Below, one piece after another: positions 27,102 through 37,846 of a stretch of 64,000 bases of DNA. A program made the position numbers and the translations under genes. This DNA is from an uncultured Acidobacteriota bacterium (lineage in GTDB: Bacteria; Acidobacteriota; Terriglobia; UBA7540): assembly GCA_963804995.1 (NCBI GenBank), contig CAWDSK010000003.1, positions 544,001 to 608,000 on the forward strand. Direction: 5' to 3'. Within the stretch, counting starts at the first letter, position 1. Every line of letters starts with the position of its first letter. The notes under the pieces were generated by a model, which was given only the letters and a program-made list of their open reading frames with translations, had not been told where the DNA came from and made no database searches.

Positions 27102-28208
27102 ATGGCGAACTTTCTCGAACCTCTCCTTCACGATTTGGCGGAGAGGTTTCGGTTTTTGAATGAAGAACTTGCGAGAATAGCAGCGGCTCCGGAGGCGGAG
27201 CCATGCCGCCAGCAAATTCAGCGGCTGGTGAGTCGAGGAAAGGGCAGAATAGACACAGTCTTGACTGATCCGGATATTGCGAGGCCGGACTTTGCCAAGA
27301 ACTTTTACCATACGTTCAAACGCCTTTCTGAGTTGGCCCAGGCGGTCGAAGAGGGCCCACTCTTTGTGTTAAGCCGGTTTCGGCTGGAGGATCGCTTCCT
27401 GACCAGGGTGGTGGGCGCAGTTTGCCAGGAATCTGGCTTTTCAGACCCGGCACCCATATGTGCCGCTATGAGTTCTCAATACTATTTCTCCATGCCGGGC
27501 ATGGATCTGATTCTTGTTCCACACGGTGAGGCAACCCATCTACTCGCTTGGGCGGACCTTTACCACGAACTGGGCCACTTCATTCTTGCGCGAGATCCAG
27601 TTCGGTTGCTTCAACCGCTGCGCAAACGTGTCAGTAAGCACTTCGTGACCGCCGTTCATGATGCTACACGACAGGGATTGACAGCGAACGCAATCGAGGA
27701 ACTAAATGCATACCGTGGACTCTGGCTTGGGGATTGGATTCTTGAATTTGCGTGCGACTGGTTTGCCACATTCGCAGTGGGGCCTAGCTTTGCTTGGGCT
27801 AATTTGAGGTTGTGTGCGCGCATGAGCACGGACCTATTTGGGATTGCGAGTTCACACCCAGCGGACGCTGCGCGGACACAGGCTATCGTCGAAATGCTGA
27901 AATTGGTTGCTGGTGACGCCTCAACGCACCAGATTGAGAACCAGTGGCAAGAGCTGCTGGGAACGGTTGCCGCGAAAGAACCCCAGTATTTTCGGATTGC
28001 TTATCCTCCTGATTTGATCCGTGAACTGGCGGCTGAAGCCAGTCAACTTTTCAGGAACTCGGGTTTCCATTCGTACAACCCAGGGTCCAAACCGATTGGC
28101 GACTTGCTTACTGAAGCGTGGAATTATTTCCAAACTAACCCCTCGGGTTTCCCCGAGTGGGAACGCGGACAATTGCAGCAACTACGGAAAGCTTTCAACC
28201 TCATCTGA
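27102..28208 (+). CDS. Cytoplasmic HExxH zinc-peptidase-like protein (M48-like motif set)
   Basis: LYHELGH, downstream EFACDWFA and SSHP..R; no signal peptide. Confidence 0.72.
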   Translation: MANFLEPLLHDLAERFRFLNEELARIAAAPEAEPCRQQIQRLVSRGKGRIDTVLTDPDIARPDFAKNFYHTFKRLSELAQAVEEGPLFVLSRFRLEDRFLTRVVGAVCQESGFSDPAPICAAMSSQYYFSMPGMDLILVPHGEATHLLAWADLYHELGHFILARDPVRLLQPLRKRVSKHFVTAVHDATRQGLTANAIEELNAYRGLWLGDWILEFACDWFATFAVGPSFAWANLRLCARMSTDLFGIASSHPADAARTQAIVEMLKLVAGDASTHQIENQWQELLGTVAAKEPQYFRIAYPPDLIRELAAEASQLFRNSGFHSYNPGSKPIGDLLTEAWNYFQTNPSGFPEWERGQLQQLRKAFNLI

Positions 28209-28409
28209 TCTGGCGTAAGGTAGCCGACAGCGGTTTACTGCTTGGTGTTCAATTCCTTCATCGATGCAAGAACCTATTGGCTATCCGAACAGCTCGAAAC
28301 CAACCACTTTGACGGTAAACGGCCTATGCTCGGATGTGCCGCCCGGTGTTTTCGGGCGTATGGTCGGCCAAACGGAAGTAATCCGTTTCATCAGTCACGC
28401 GGCCGACCG

Positions 28410-29639
28410 TTAGGTTTTTGCCGGCACGGCGCGCCGCGCCATTTCCGTTATACTCACCCATTCCATGCTGTTGCCGAACACCGATTGAATCCTCTCGGCC
28501 AAGGCGCTCAAGCCCTCCAACCCGAGGCCAGTACCCTGCGTATAAAGCGACTGCCAGTGGGTGAGCAGGATGACGGGATGCCCGGAATCAATCAACTGGC
28601 GGATTCTTCCCGTGCGGCCGTCCGCAGAAAGCACCTTATCGATGTTGTCCTTGATGAACTGCCGGCGCTCGCTTACCGGCTTCTCCATGCTCCAGAAGAG
28701 GTCCACAAAATTCGCCGGCACGCTGACCACCGACTGCCCGCGCTCCGCGTCCTGGTATTCCACCGTGCAATGGCGCGGCTCCTTCCAACCCGTAACGTAG
28801 AGGAAATACCAGGTAAACTTGCGATTGAAGACCTTCCACTGGGCGTCGGCCAGCGCCTTGGCGTACTTCTTCTCCACATCGATTCCCGATTCCCAGGGCG
28901 AGGTGATGCCCGGAGCGTTCAGGCCCACGTTCTTGAGAATCGTGAAAGCCAGCACGAAGTACTCAACAATCTCCTCGGGCGGCGCCCCGGTGATCCAGAC
29001 GTCTTCGTAGATGTGCTGGTATTGCCCTCGCTTCAGATCGTAGGCGCGCAGGTGAGTGAGGAATTCCGGGGTGATGTCGAAACGGGGTTGGATCCTGTCG
29101 CGCACCACTTCGAGGAAATCCTGCAAATGGTCGGCGGGCACGCGCTTCAGCGACTGGTCCAGCCGCCCCAGACAACTGGGCATGGGAATCATCGTCAGTT
29201 TGCCGCGCAGGTCGTACTTATCGAACGTGTCGGCGACGCGCTGGGTGAAGGCGCGAGGAACCAGGAAAGGGGTCTCATAACCGGGAATTTCGTAGAAGAG
29301 CGGATCGACCGGCGAGCCGTCGTCAATAATCAAGGAGAATGGAATCTTGCGGAGCGCTCGCCGGGGCCGGCGGTGGTGTGCCTTCGGTCCACGCGGCGCT
29401 GCCGGGCTGAGCGTAGGCCACGCGCTTCGCCAGATTGCCTGCCAAACGAGGCCCGCTGCCATGCCCGCGCCTGCGCGTGTCAGTAATTCCCGCCTTGAGA
29501 GAGTTCGCTCCGCCGGCGCTCCTTCCGCCGCGCCTTGGTCGACTCCGGCTTTCCTCCGGGTCCAACACGCCGTATTGGTCATCACTCGCCATGTTCGCCC
29601 CCCATTTTCACGCATGAATGTTCCGGCCATCATGCGCAA
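28410..29639 (-). CDS. Tat-exported hypothetical protein, possibly a polysaccharide-deacetylase-like fold; start likely 29582
   Basis: SRRELL twin-arginine motif plus hydrophobic segment; SLIIDD, EFLTH, GITSP and LLTHWQSLY. Confidence 0.6.
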   Translation of the reverse strand: MRMMAGTFMRENGGRTWRVMTNTACWTRRKAGVDQGAAEGAPAERTLSRRELLTRAGAGMAAGLVWQAIWRSAWPTLSPAAPRGPKAHHRRPRRALRKIPFSLIIDDGSPVDPLFYEIPGYETPFLVPRAFTQRVADTFDKYDLRGKLTMIPMPSCLGRLDQSLKRVPADHLQDFLEVVRDRIQPRFDITPEFLTHLRAYDLKRGQYQHIYEDVWITGAPPEEIVEYFVLAFTILKNVGLNAPGITSPWESGIDVEKKYAKALADAQWKVFNRKFTWYFLYVTGWKEPRHCTVEYQDAERGQSVVSVPANFVDLFWSMEKPVSERRQFIKDNIDKVLSADGRTGRIRQLIDSGHPVILLTHWQSLYTQGTGLGLEGLSALAERIQSVFGNSMEWVSITEMARRAVPAKT

Positions 29640-29972
29640 AACTTATCGGCTGGTCAAGCGCGTCGCAACGGACCGTAGCTTCCCGGCCGTCGGCGCATCA
29701 AATCCGGAAAGGTGGATAGTCCGCAAATCCCCGCCAGTGGCCCCTACACACTGGCCGAGCGAGACAAAATGTCACGGAAAAGCACGTGGGACAAGGCGCG
29801 TGGATGTCCCAGATGTTCGCTTCCGCGGGGCATAGCGGGCGAGGTCCCACTTATTTCCCCACACCTGGGACACGCAAAAATCTTGAAATCCGGTTTGCAG
29901 CGCAGAACCACGCGAGCCAATCCAATGCGTGGCAACCGCCAAACTATTCTGCCTTGCAAACCTGCCGCTGCG

Positions 29973-31555
29973 TCAGGATTGTTCCGTCCGGCGCGTGGCG
30001 GCAGTCATGGTGAGACCCGTGTCGTAATCCAGTTCGCGGGGAAGATAGCCATCGTCTTCACGCTGGCGGGTGTATCCGTCGTCGGCCCAGGAGACGGGGT
30101 AGTCCGGTCTCCAGGCGCGGCGTCCCCAGTAATAGCCTCGGAAGGGATCGCGTGAGACGTTCATCCAGTTCAGCAGGCGATCATGCAGGTCATTGCGAAT
30201 AGCCGCGTGCTTTTCCGATTCAATCAGGTTGACCATTTCGTACGGATCAGTCTCAAGATCGTAGAGCTCGTCGGTGGTCATCAGATTGATAGCCAGCTTG
30301 TAGCGGCCATCGCAGACGCAGCGGATCGGCTGGAAGGCGCCGTAGCCGTCGTGGTCCACTTCATAGCGGCCAAATTCGATGAAGACTTCTTTGCGGACGT
30401 GAGCGGTGGGGTCCTTCAGCAGCGCCAACATGCTGCCGCCTTCGAGGGTTTTGGGAATCTCGAACCCGAAGAATTCCATCAGCGTGCCGCTGAGGTCCAG
30501 ATGCGAGACCAGGCTGGAGGACTTGACATTAGCGGGCGTGTGACCAGGCCACATGGCGATAAAGGGCACGCGCGTGATCTCGTCATACATGGCGGGACCC
30601 TTATCGGTCAGGTGGTGCGAATCAAGAAACACGCCGTGGTCGCTGGTGTAGAGAACCAGGGCGCCGGGCGCGCGGGTTTCCGCGGAATCGAGCACGCGGC
30701 CGATTTCATTGTCGATAAAGGTGTGTGACCCAAAGAACTGGGCACTCTGAATAGGCCCTGGCGACCGGTGCAATCTTGGCCCGGCCCACACGCGCTGCTC
30801 TTCGGGCTTGTGGCGCAGATCGTCCTGGAGGTTCGGGTGCGACGGGAATGTATAGTCCTTGTACATGCGGGTGTATTCAATGGGGCAAAGGCAGGGACCG
30901 TGCGGCTCGTCGTACGAGATTACAAGCAAGAAGTCCTCGTTATGGTGCTTCTCAGAAAATCCAGGGCGCGATTGGTGCAGCGGTGGCCGTAGCAATACTC
31001 CGCCGTCCAGGAAGGATCGTTGCCCGTGGCGCGGTCGCGTGAACGCACGCGGTCGGCGGGAGAAAGCTCCGAGAGGTAGTCGCGCATGTCATACCAGTAG
31101 TCTTTGTCCCAACCGGCAACAGGACGCCCTGTATCAAAGTAATCGGTGCCGGTAAGGTGCCACTTGCCCATGAAGGCGCAGTGAATGCCCTTGTCGGTGA
31201 GGCGCTGGCCAATGGTGTGCGTGGTGTCGCCCAGCGGCATGCAGTTTCCCCAGACGCCGTTGGTGTGGGGAGTAAGCCCTGTCCAGAGGGCGGAGCGGGC
31301 GGGCGAACAAACAGGCTGGCAGTTGTAGGCGCGCTCAAACGTGACACCACGCGCCGCAATGCGGTCAAGGTTGGGGGTGTGCAGCCCGGTGTTCACATTG
31401 CAATTCAGCATGTCGTAGCGGACGGATTCACCCAGGATTACGATCGCCTGGCGCAGCGGCCCCTTCTCAGTGCGGCTCGATACGGGTACAGGTTTTTGGG
31501 CGACGGTGGCCATGCTTGCGGCGCCGGCCAGTCTAATGAAATCTCTGCGCTTCAT
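29973..31555 (-). CDS. Tat-exported Cys-type sulfatase (YidJ-like), split by a single-base deletion near 30953
   Basis: KRRDFI Tat motif; CSPARSALWTG; GKWHL; ALDFL continues in the other frame as EKHHNEDFLLVISYDEPH; YTSDHG and ELYDLETDPYE. Confidence 0.88.
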
Positions 31556-31685
31556 GGGAGATGACCTCGGAATTGATGCGTTTCGGTTCAGGCATTCTAC
31601 AGCCTATCCACTTGCCAGCACCATCGCTTAATCGTGCCTGCACCACGCCTTTGTTCCCTTATCACGACTACACCATGATGTACTG

Positions 31686-31805
31686 CTCAGCACCACCCCG
31701 GCGCTCAGCGCGCCACCCCTCCTCATCTGAGGCGGGGAGTTCTTGTTTTAAACAACTCCCCTCCTGATTCAGGAGGGGTGGCGCGTTGAGCGACGGGGTG
31801 GTTAC
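31686..31805. repeat. Palindromic repeat family C, copy 2
   Basis: Same structure as 20309-20460 and 45241-45361; overlaps the anSME stop region. Confidence 0.85.
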
Positions 31806-33100
31806 TGCCGGCGGGCGCAGCAGTGCTTGAACTTTCGGCCGCTTCCACAAGGGCAAGGATCATTGCGTCCGGGCGTAGCCTTTCCTGACCGACGCAAGTC
31901 CGCCTGGGCCGCATACTCCATCACATTCGCGGGGGGACGGCCGGCTTGCAACTCACTCGCCATCATCTTCATGTAGGGATCAATGTGGTGGAAGAACAGC
32001 TTGTAGCCTGCGCACAAGTAGTTCAGCCCCGGTTCTCCGTCAGGCGTACGCGCAAATCGATGTTTCGGGCACTCCCCGTTGCAGGCAAACCGCACATCGC
32101 ACTCGCGGCAATAGCGGGGAAGCGTATCGCGCTTATTCTCTCCGAACTTGCGCTGCTGCTCCGATTGGACCATAACTTCCAGCGGAGCGTCCATAATGTT
32201 GCCGAGTTTGTTCTCCGGATAAACAAAGTGGTCGCAGGAATAAAGGTCGCCCGTGTGCTCGATGGCCATCGCCTGACCGCAGGTTTCCCGGAACACGCAC
32301 AGGCTTGCGCCCATTCCGTACCAAATTTCCAATGCCACGTCGAAAATCTGCACAAACTGACGCCCCACATCGCGCCGCACCCACTCATCGAAGATGGCAC
32401 AGAGGAACTTGCCGAACGCCAGGGGTTTGACCGACCAGGGAGTAACCTCACTCTCGCCTGGGAAGGAGGGTTGGATCAACACCAGTCCATCATTGCCGGG
32501 GGACTTCGTGGTGCGTTCGACAATGGGGATGAACTGCATAAACCCGCTGCCAATTTCCTTGAGGAACCGATACACGGCAACCGGCTGTTCGGAATTGACT
32601 CGATGAACGACCGTAAGAGTGTTGAATTGCACGGCATGCTTCTTCAAAACTTGAATGCCGTTCATCACCTTATCGAAAGTCGGCTGCCCGCCCTTATCCA
32701 CGCGGTAGCAATCATGCACTTCGCGCGGACCGTCGATCGAGACCCCCACCAGAAAATCGTGTTCGGCTAGAAACTCCCCCCAAGTGTCGTCCAGCAGAAC
32801 GCCGTTGGTTTGGAACGCATTGGTGATAGCTCTGCCTTCTGCATATTTGTTTTGCAGGTCCACGACGTTCTTGAAGAAATCGATGCCCAGGACGGTGGGT
32901 TCGCCGCCTTGCCAGGCGAAGTTGAGCGGACCCGCAGGTTGCGCTCGGATGTACTGTTGAACGTACGAATCCAAAACCGCTGGCCGCATGGCCCAATTGT
33001 TCGTATCCGGATACAGTTTTTCCTTCTCCAGATAGAAACAATATTTGCAGTCCAGATTACAAATCGGACCGACGGGCTTGGTCATGATGTGAAACGGCAA
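31802..33100 (-). CDS. Anaerobic sulfatase-maturating enzyme (radical SAM + SPASM + SEC-C); start uncertain
   Basis: KPVGPICNLDCKYCFY (CX3CX2C), WQGGEPT, SPASM cysteines (CVFRETCG, YSCDHFV, CRECDVRFACNGECPKHRF) and GRNDPCPCGSGRKFKHCC. Confidence 0.95.
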   Translation of the reverse strand: MPFHIMTKPVGPICNLDCKYCFYLEKEKLYPDTNNWAMRPAVLDSYVQQYIRAQPAGPLNFAWQGGEPTVLGIDFFKNVVDLQNKYAEGRAITNAFQTNGVLLDDTWGEFLAEHDFLVGVSIDGPREVHDCYRVDKGGQPTFDKVMNGIQVLKKHAVQFNTLTVVHRVNSEQPVAVYRFLKEIGSGFMQFIPIVERTTKSPGNDGLVLIQPSFPGESEVTPWSVKPLAFGKFLCAIFDEWVRRDVGRQFVQIFDVALEIWYGMGASLCVFRETCGQAMAIEHTGDLYSCDHFVYPENKLGNIMDAPLEVMVQSEQQRKFGENKRDTLPRYCRECDVRFACNGECPKHRFARTPDGEPGLNYLCAGYKLFFHHIDPYMKMMASELQAGRPPANVMEYAAQADLRRSGKATPGRNDPCPCGSGRKFKHCCARRQ

Positions 33101-33347
33101 CGAGCTCGAACATCCGAAATCGCCATCCTGTATGGGAAAGATCGCCCCACGAATTGCCAGCCAGGTTCCTATGATAGCAAGGTCTGCCCCTTCACGCACA
33201 GAACCGTGGGTAGTGGTGTCATTTGGAAGTGCCACGGGCAGCCTGCCCCGATGCATCGGGGTCCGAAGGTGTGAAAAAATGCAATTTTGACCGCAGATTC
33301 CCATGAGCCTTCGGCTCGCCACTGTACATGAAAATGTGCGAAGCACC

Positions 33348-33428
33348 TTGGAGTGCGGCGGCTCAACGCCGCCTTCGTCATCGTCCTCGGCGTAAATTCA
33401 AGGCGGCGTCGAGCCGCCGCACTCCAAG
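33348..33428. repeat. GGAG-type REP doublet
   Basis: TTGGAGTGCGGCGGCTCAACGCCGCCTT ... AAGGCGGCGTCGAGCCGCCGCACTCCAA inverted pair. Confidence 0.8.
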
Positions 33429-33599
33429 TGAAAGTCTGGGGAGTGATTCTATTAAGTTTTCTGGGAGAAGCACTGGAGGCTGGTTTGAGTCCGCAGGGTG
33501 CGAGCAAAACCCAGCTGGTAGGACCTGCCCCTGGGGGCGGCCTTTTGAGGCCGCCCCCAGGGCTCATTCCATCTTGCAAGTTACGACGAACTGCATCGA

Positions 33600-36500
33600 C
33601 TAGAAGTAGAACTTCCCGCCGATCTGTCCGATGCGCGTGGAATTACCGGCTCCATTTACTCCGCCAAAACCGCCGGGGCCGTCATTAAAGTTGCCGTCCA
33701 CATTGTTGTTGCCAAAGAACTGGGCGTGGTTGAAAGCGTTGAAGAACTCGCCACGGATCTCCAGCCGCATGCCTTCTCTCACCTTGATATCCTTCATCAC
33801 GGCCAAGTCCCAGTTATTGACCCCCGGCCCGTGGAAGAATCTCCGGTTGGCGTTGCCCTGGCCGCCAAAAGGTTCGGGGCCGAACAGCGCGGGGTTGAAA
33901 TAGGGGTTGACCAGGATCCCGTTGGAATCTATGTATTGCTTTCTCGGGTCCTTGTTGACGTAGATTGAGCCACCCCCCAGGAAAACGGGTTCATCCGTGT
34001 AGGACTGTTGCGGGCTATTGCGGCCATTGCCCCGCAACGAATTATCATTCGTCTGAAAGATACTAACCGGGGGGCCTGTCGTAAATGAGGTGACCCCTGC
34101 CACTTTCCACCCCCGCGTCAGCCGGTTATTGGCACGGAAGAGCTTGTCAAAGGGAAGTTCGTACGTGTAGCTGAACGAGAAAATGTGCGTGAGGTCGAAC
34201 TGCGAGAGGGAGCGGTAGATATTCGGGTTCAAGCCCGGGATAATCTGGTCACCGAATCCGGAACCGTTATCGAGCGACTTACTGTAAACATAACTGAGGA
34301 GGTATGCCGCCCGCCCCGTAGTACGACGCAGGGTGAGCTGGCCGGAGTGGTAGGCCGAGTTACCCGCCATAATCTGCGCGCCCAAGCCCGCGTAGTTCTG
34401 ATCAAAGGGGCCGCGGACGAGGACCTGTCCTCCTCCCGCCGGGCTGAAGAATCCCGTTTCGTTTCCAGGACCGCAAATATTGGAGTTGGGCATGACGCCA
34501 CCGATTCCCCGCTGTATGGCCAGCGCAGACCCAGCGACTGCGCTCAGACTGTAGCAGAGCGCCGGGTTGGCTTGGTTCTTATCCGCATTCAGAACCAGGT
34601 GGTGGCCGAAAGTCCCCACGTAAGCCAAGGTCAGCAGCGTGTTGGGCGTCAACTGCCGCTGGAAGGAGAGATTTAGGTGTTCAGCGTAGGGGCTGGGATC
34701 ATTGGGGTACGGTTCCCGATCCCCTGAAATGGGCAGGAACGGCGAAAAATCGATGTTGGTGTCGCCCTTGTGATGAACGGGAAGCGGAAAAGGATTGGCA
34801 AAATTCGCTCCCGTCAGCTTGTTAATAAAGGGGGCGCTAAACAACGGCGGAAAGTTGCTGGGGTAGTACAGAGAATAGGGGGCGGCAGCAAAATTGAATG
34901 TGTTCGCTCCCTCGATGTTGGTGAAGAAGGTGCCATAGCCCGCCCGGATGCTGCTCTTGCCCGCATCGCCAAAAAGCGTGTGCAAGAAACCACTGGAGAA
35001 GCTGGGCGAATAGGCCAATCCCAGCCGTGGGCCGAAGTTGTCCCAGCGGGGATTGAGGAAGTATTGGGGAATGCCCGGGTCGCCGGGGAAACAATATCCC
35101 ACGGGAGCCGTGGGGAAGGTCTTCGAAACACATCCCAACTGAACGTCAGGGTTCCGATTGAACCGGTCGCCCCAGAACGGGGTAGTTTCCCAACGCACTC
35201 CATAGTTAAAGGTCAGGTTAGGTCTGATGCGCCAACTGTCCTCGCCATAGATCCCAACGTAAAAGTTCCGCAGATTAAGGGCAGCGGGAGCGCCCTGGGC
35301 GAAATAGTCAGGAGCGCCAATCAACATGTTCGCGAGATCGTATCCGGTCTCAGTATCACCACTCATTGTAAAAAACGAATTGCCACCATTGTTGACCTGG
35401 GCAATGGGCACGTGGTCCCAGTGGTAGTTCCCCCCGAATTTGATGGTATGGGTTCCCTTAACTTTTGTGAAGTCATCCTGGAGTTGGTAGGTCTCACCGT
35501 CCTGGACGCGCTCCACCACATATTGTCCTGTCCCATAGTGGTCGAACCCGATCCAAGGCCACTGTTGAGCGCTGGGGCCTTCCAACTGATAGATGCCGCC
35601 CTGCGCCCCGGGGGGCTTGAAGCCGAGCGATTGGAGGGTTGGCCCCGTGGTTCCTGCCTTGCCACCATCGTTGTGGTTGCGCATATAGCTGGCGGTAAAC
35701 GAGTTGACGGCGGTACCGCCGAAGTTAGTGGTAACGTTAAACGTGAACAATTGCGCCTTGCCCACGTTCTGAATCGGAAAACCAGGGAACGAGCTGGCCG
35801 CAAACGGACCATAGGGTGCTTGTTCCAGCCAGGGGTCGTAATGCCAGTAGCCTGAGATCATTCCAATTCGTGTGTTGGCGTCGATGCGGACGCCGGCCTT
35901 GTCATCGTTTAGAGTCGATGACGTTCCGGGGGCGGTATAAAACTGGCTCCCGGGGTCAGGATCAGCAATGAGCTTAAGTACGTTCGCGCTGGGGCTGTCC
36001 CAGGCCGACTGCGGAATCATGTAACCGGGAAAGACACACTGGGTATTGTTGACACAGCCGGGCAAGAAATAGTGCTCACCCGCGGTTACCGGATATCCCA
36101 GCCTGGTAGCGAGGACACCGGCAAAGTATTGGCTACTGACCAAGTTCACATTCGGGTTACTAGCTGCATTGGCTGCAATAACCGCTGACTGATCGGTGAA
36201 GTTTCCGGTCTTGTCGGCAACCGAAGGGACCAGTTGTCGCCCCCTAGTTACACCCTCCACATGCCGAGTCCCCTGGTAATCGAGGAAGAAAAAGACCTTA
36301 TTTTTCAAAATCGGGCCGCCGCCTGTCGCGCCGAACATGTTCTGGTGAAGGATGCCACGTTTCCCGTCGGCGATCCTTGTGTAATAGTCGCGCGTATCGA
36401 AGTCCGAATTGCGCACAAACTCAAACGCGGAACCGTGAAAACCGTTGGTCCCCGATTTGGTGAGGACGTTGACCTGCCCGCCGCTATAGTTGCCGTATTC

Positions 36501-37286
36501 AGCGCCGGCATTACTGAGGATGATCCGGAACTCGGAGATCGAGTCGAGGTTGGGGATAACGGTCGTACCGCCCCCATTTCCCTCGACCGTGTTGGCCCCG
36601 TTCACCATGAAGCCGTTCTGTTCGCCCCTCTGCCCGCTCATCACCAGCACGCCGTTGTTGAGCGAATTCGAGGGCGACAGTGTGCCGTATTGGGACAAGT
36701 TGAAAGGTACGACGCCCGGCTGAAGGGCTAGAAGGTCGGTGTAGGCGCGGCCGTTGAGCGGCAGGTCCTGCATCTCCTTGCTGCCAATCACTTCGCCCGT
36801 CTGCTGGGTCTGAGTATCTACCTGCGCTGCCGCGGCAATCACGGAGACCTCTTGAGTCACAGTTCCCACTTCGAGCACGGCATCGACGCGCAGGGCCGTA
36901 TCGACATCGATATTCAAGCCCTTCTCGACGTAAGCCTTAAAGCCGCTCTTTTGGATGCTGATGTCATACATGCCGATGGGCAGTGCCGTGAAGTTATAGA
37001 ACCCCACAGTGTCCGTCTGGCTCTTCTGGTCCACACCTGTCTGCTCGTTGTGGGCTGTCACCGAAGCGTCTGGGACAACTGCGCCCTGAGCATCCTTGAC
37101 GGTCCCTGAAATGTTTCCCGTCACCTTGGCGAGAAGCAAGGCCGGGGCGAAAACCAGCAATGCCAGCAACAGCAGGCTCTGTCTCATCCAAGAAGGAAGA
37201 GACCGGACGGGGCGCAAGCCGCCCCGAGGCGTCAGAGCACGATTGTCCGCTGCAGATACATCATTCGCAGCTTGGCAACATATCAT
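33600..37286 (-). CDS. Oar-type TonB-dependent receptor with a carboxypeptidase-regulatory-like N-terminal domain
   Basis: GNISGTVKDAQGAVVP, DLPLNGR..TDLLALQPG, TKSGTNGFHG..FEFVRN, TFNYGVRWE, NFGPRLGLAY and terminal GGKFYF; GGAGG RBS before ATG 37286. Confidence 0.93.
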   Translation of the reverse strand: MICCQAANDVSAADNRALTPRGGLRPVRSLPSWMRQSLLLLALLVFAPALLLAKVTGNISGTVKDAQGAVVPDASVTAHNEQTGVDQKSQTDTVGFYNFTALPIGMYDISIQKSGFKAYVEKGLNIDVDTALRVDAVLEVGTVTQEVSVIAAAAQVDTQTQQTGEVIGSKEMQDLPLNGRAYTDLLALQPGVVPFNLSQYGTLSPSNSLNNGVLVMSGQRGEQNGFMVNGANTVEGNGGGTTVIPNLDSISEFRIILSNAGAEYGNYSGGQVNVLTKSGTNGFHGSAFEFVRNSDFDTRDYYTRIADGKRGILHQNMFGATGGGPILKNKVFFFLDYQGTRHVEGVTRGRQLVPSVADKTGNFTDQSAVIAANAASNPNVNLVSSQYFAGVLATRLGYPVTAGEHYFLPGCVNNTQCVFPGYMIPQSAWDSPSANVLKLIADPDPGSQFYTAPGTSSTLNDDKAGVRIDANTRIGMISGYWHYDPWLEQAPYGPFAASSFPGFPIQNVGKAQLFTFNVTTNFGGTAVNSFTASYMRNHNDGGKAGTTGPTLQSLGFKPPGAQGGIYQLEGPSAQQWPWIGFDHYGTGQYVVERVQDGETYQLQDDFTKVKGTHTIKFGGNYHWDHVPIAQVNNGGNSFFTMSGDTETGYDLANMLIGAPDYFAQGAPAALNLRNFYVGIYGEDSWRIRPNLTFNYGVRWETTPFWGDRFNRNPDVQLGCVSKTFPTAPVGYCFPGDPGIPQYFLNPRWDNFGPRLGLAYSPSFSSGFLHTLFGDAGKSSIRAGYGTFFTNIEGANTFNFAAAPYSLYYPSNFPPLFSAPFINKLTGANFANPFPLPVHHKGDTNIDFSPFLPISGDREPYPNDPSPYAEHLNLSFQRQLTPNTLLTLAYVGTFGHHLVLNADKNQANPALCYSLSAVAGSALAIQRGIGGVMPNSNICGPGNETGFFSPAGGGQVLVRGPFDQNYAGLGAQIMAGNSAYHSGQLTLRRTTGRAAYLLSYVYSKSLDNGSGFGDQIIPGLNPNIYRSLSQFDLTHIFSFSYTYELPFDKLFRANNRLTRGWKVAGVTSFTTGPPVSIFQTNDNSLRGNGRNSPQQSYTDEPVFLGGGSIYVNKDPRKQYIDSNGILVNPYFNPALFGPEPFGGQGNANRRFFHGPGVNNWDLAVMKDIKVREGMRLEIRGEFFNAFNHAQFFGNNNVDGNFNDGPGGFGGVNGAGNSTRIGQIGGKFYF

Positions 37287-37688
37287 GATGTTTATCCTCC
37301 AAAAATAATGTGTTTTAACAAGGCCCGATATACGTTCCTCTAGCCCGTGACCCTTGATAGCAATCAATATACCAAACATTGAATCCCCACATCTGGCTCC
37401 AACACGTTGAAAAACCACGGCATCCATTCAATTTGAGTTATGTATATAGCGGTAATCAAGCTCAGGAATTCTATAATCCGTATCAGAAAATTCAGTAATT
37501 CATATTTAGGGTGAGATAATGACAAGCTGTCCACTAGAGGACAAATTGGCATATTCATCTGGCGGAGAATTAACTTCAGAGAATACAAGGACTTATTGTC
37601 GCAAAGTTTTCTGAATCAAGCCGAAAGAGGTTGAAACTCCGAACGTCGGCTCAAGTTGCAGGGCGAAAGGGCTTCTTCCCATGGCTCA

Positions 37689-37817
37689 GAAGGTGTGAAG
37701 AAATAGTATTTTTACCGCGGAGGCGCTGAGGCGCAGAGAAAAGGAGCTTTATTTTCATTCCTCTGCGCCTCAGCGTCTCTGCGGTAAGGAGGTTTTAGAC
37801 GATTTTTCCACAGCTTC
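37689..37817. repeat. MITE-like element family B, copy 2
   Basis: GAAGGTGTGAAGAAA ... TTTTTCCACAGCTTC; near reverse complement of 47131-47257. Confidence 0.8.
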
Positions 37818-37846
37818 TCACGCCATGGGAAGAAGCGGCAGGCTCA

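Noticed and set aside
33127..33346. Long N-terminal extension of anSME
   Set aside because: Encoded by repeat DNA also found at 47246-47291; homology begins near FHIMTKP.
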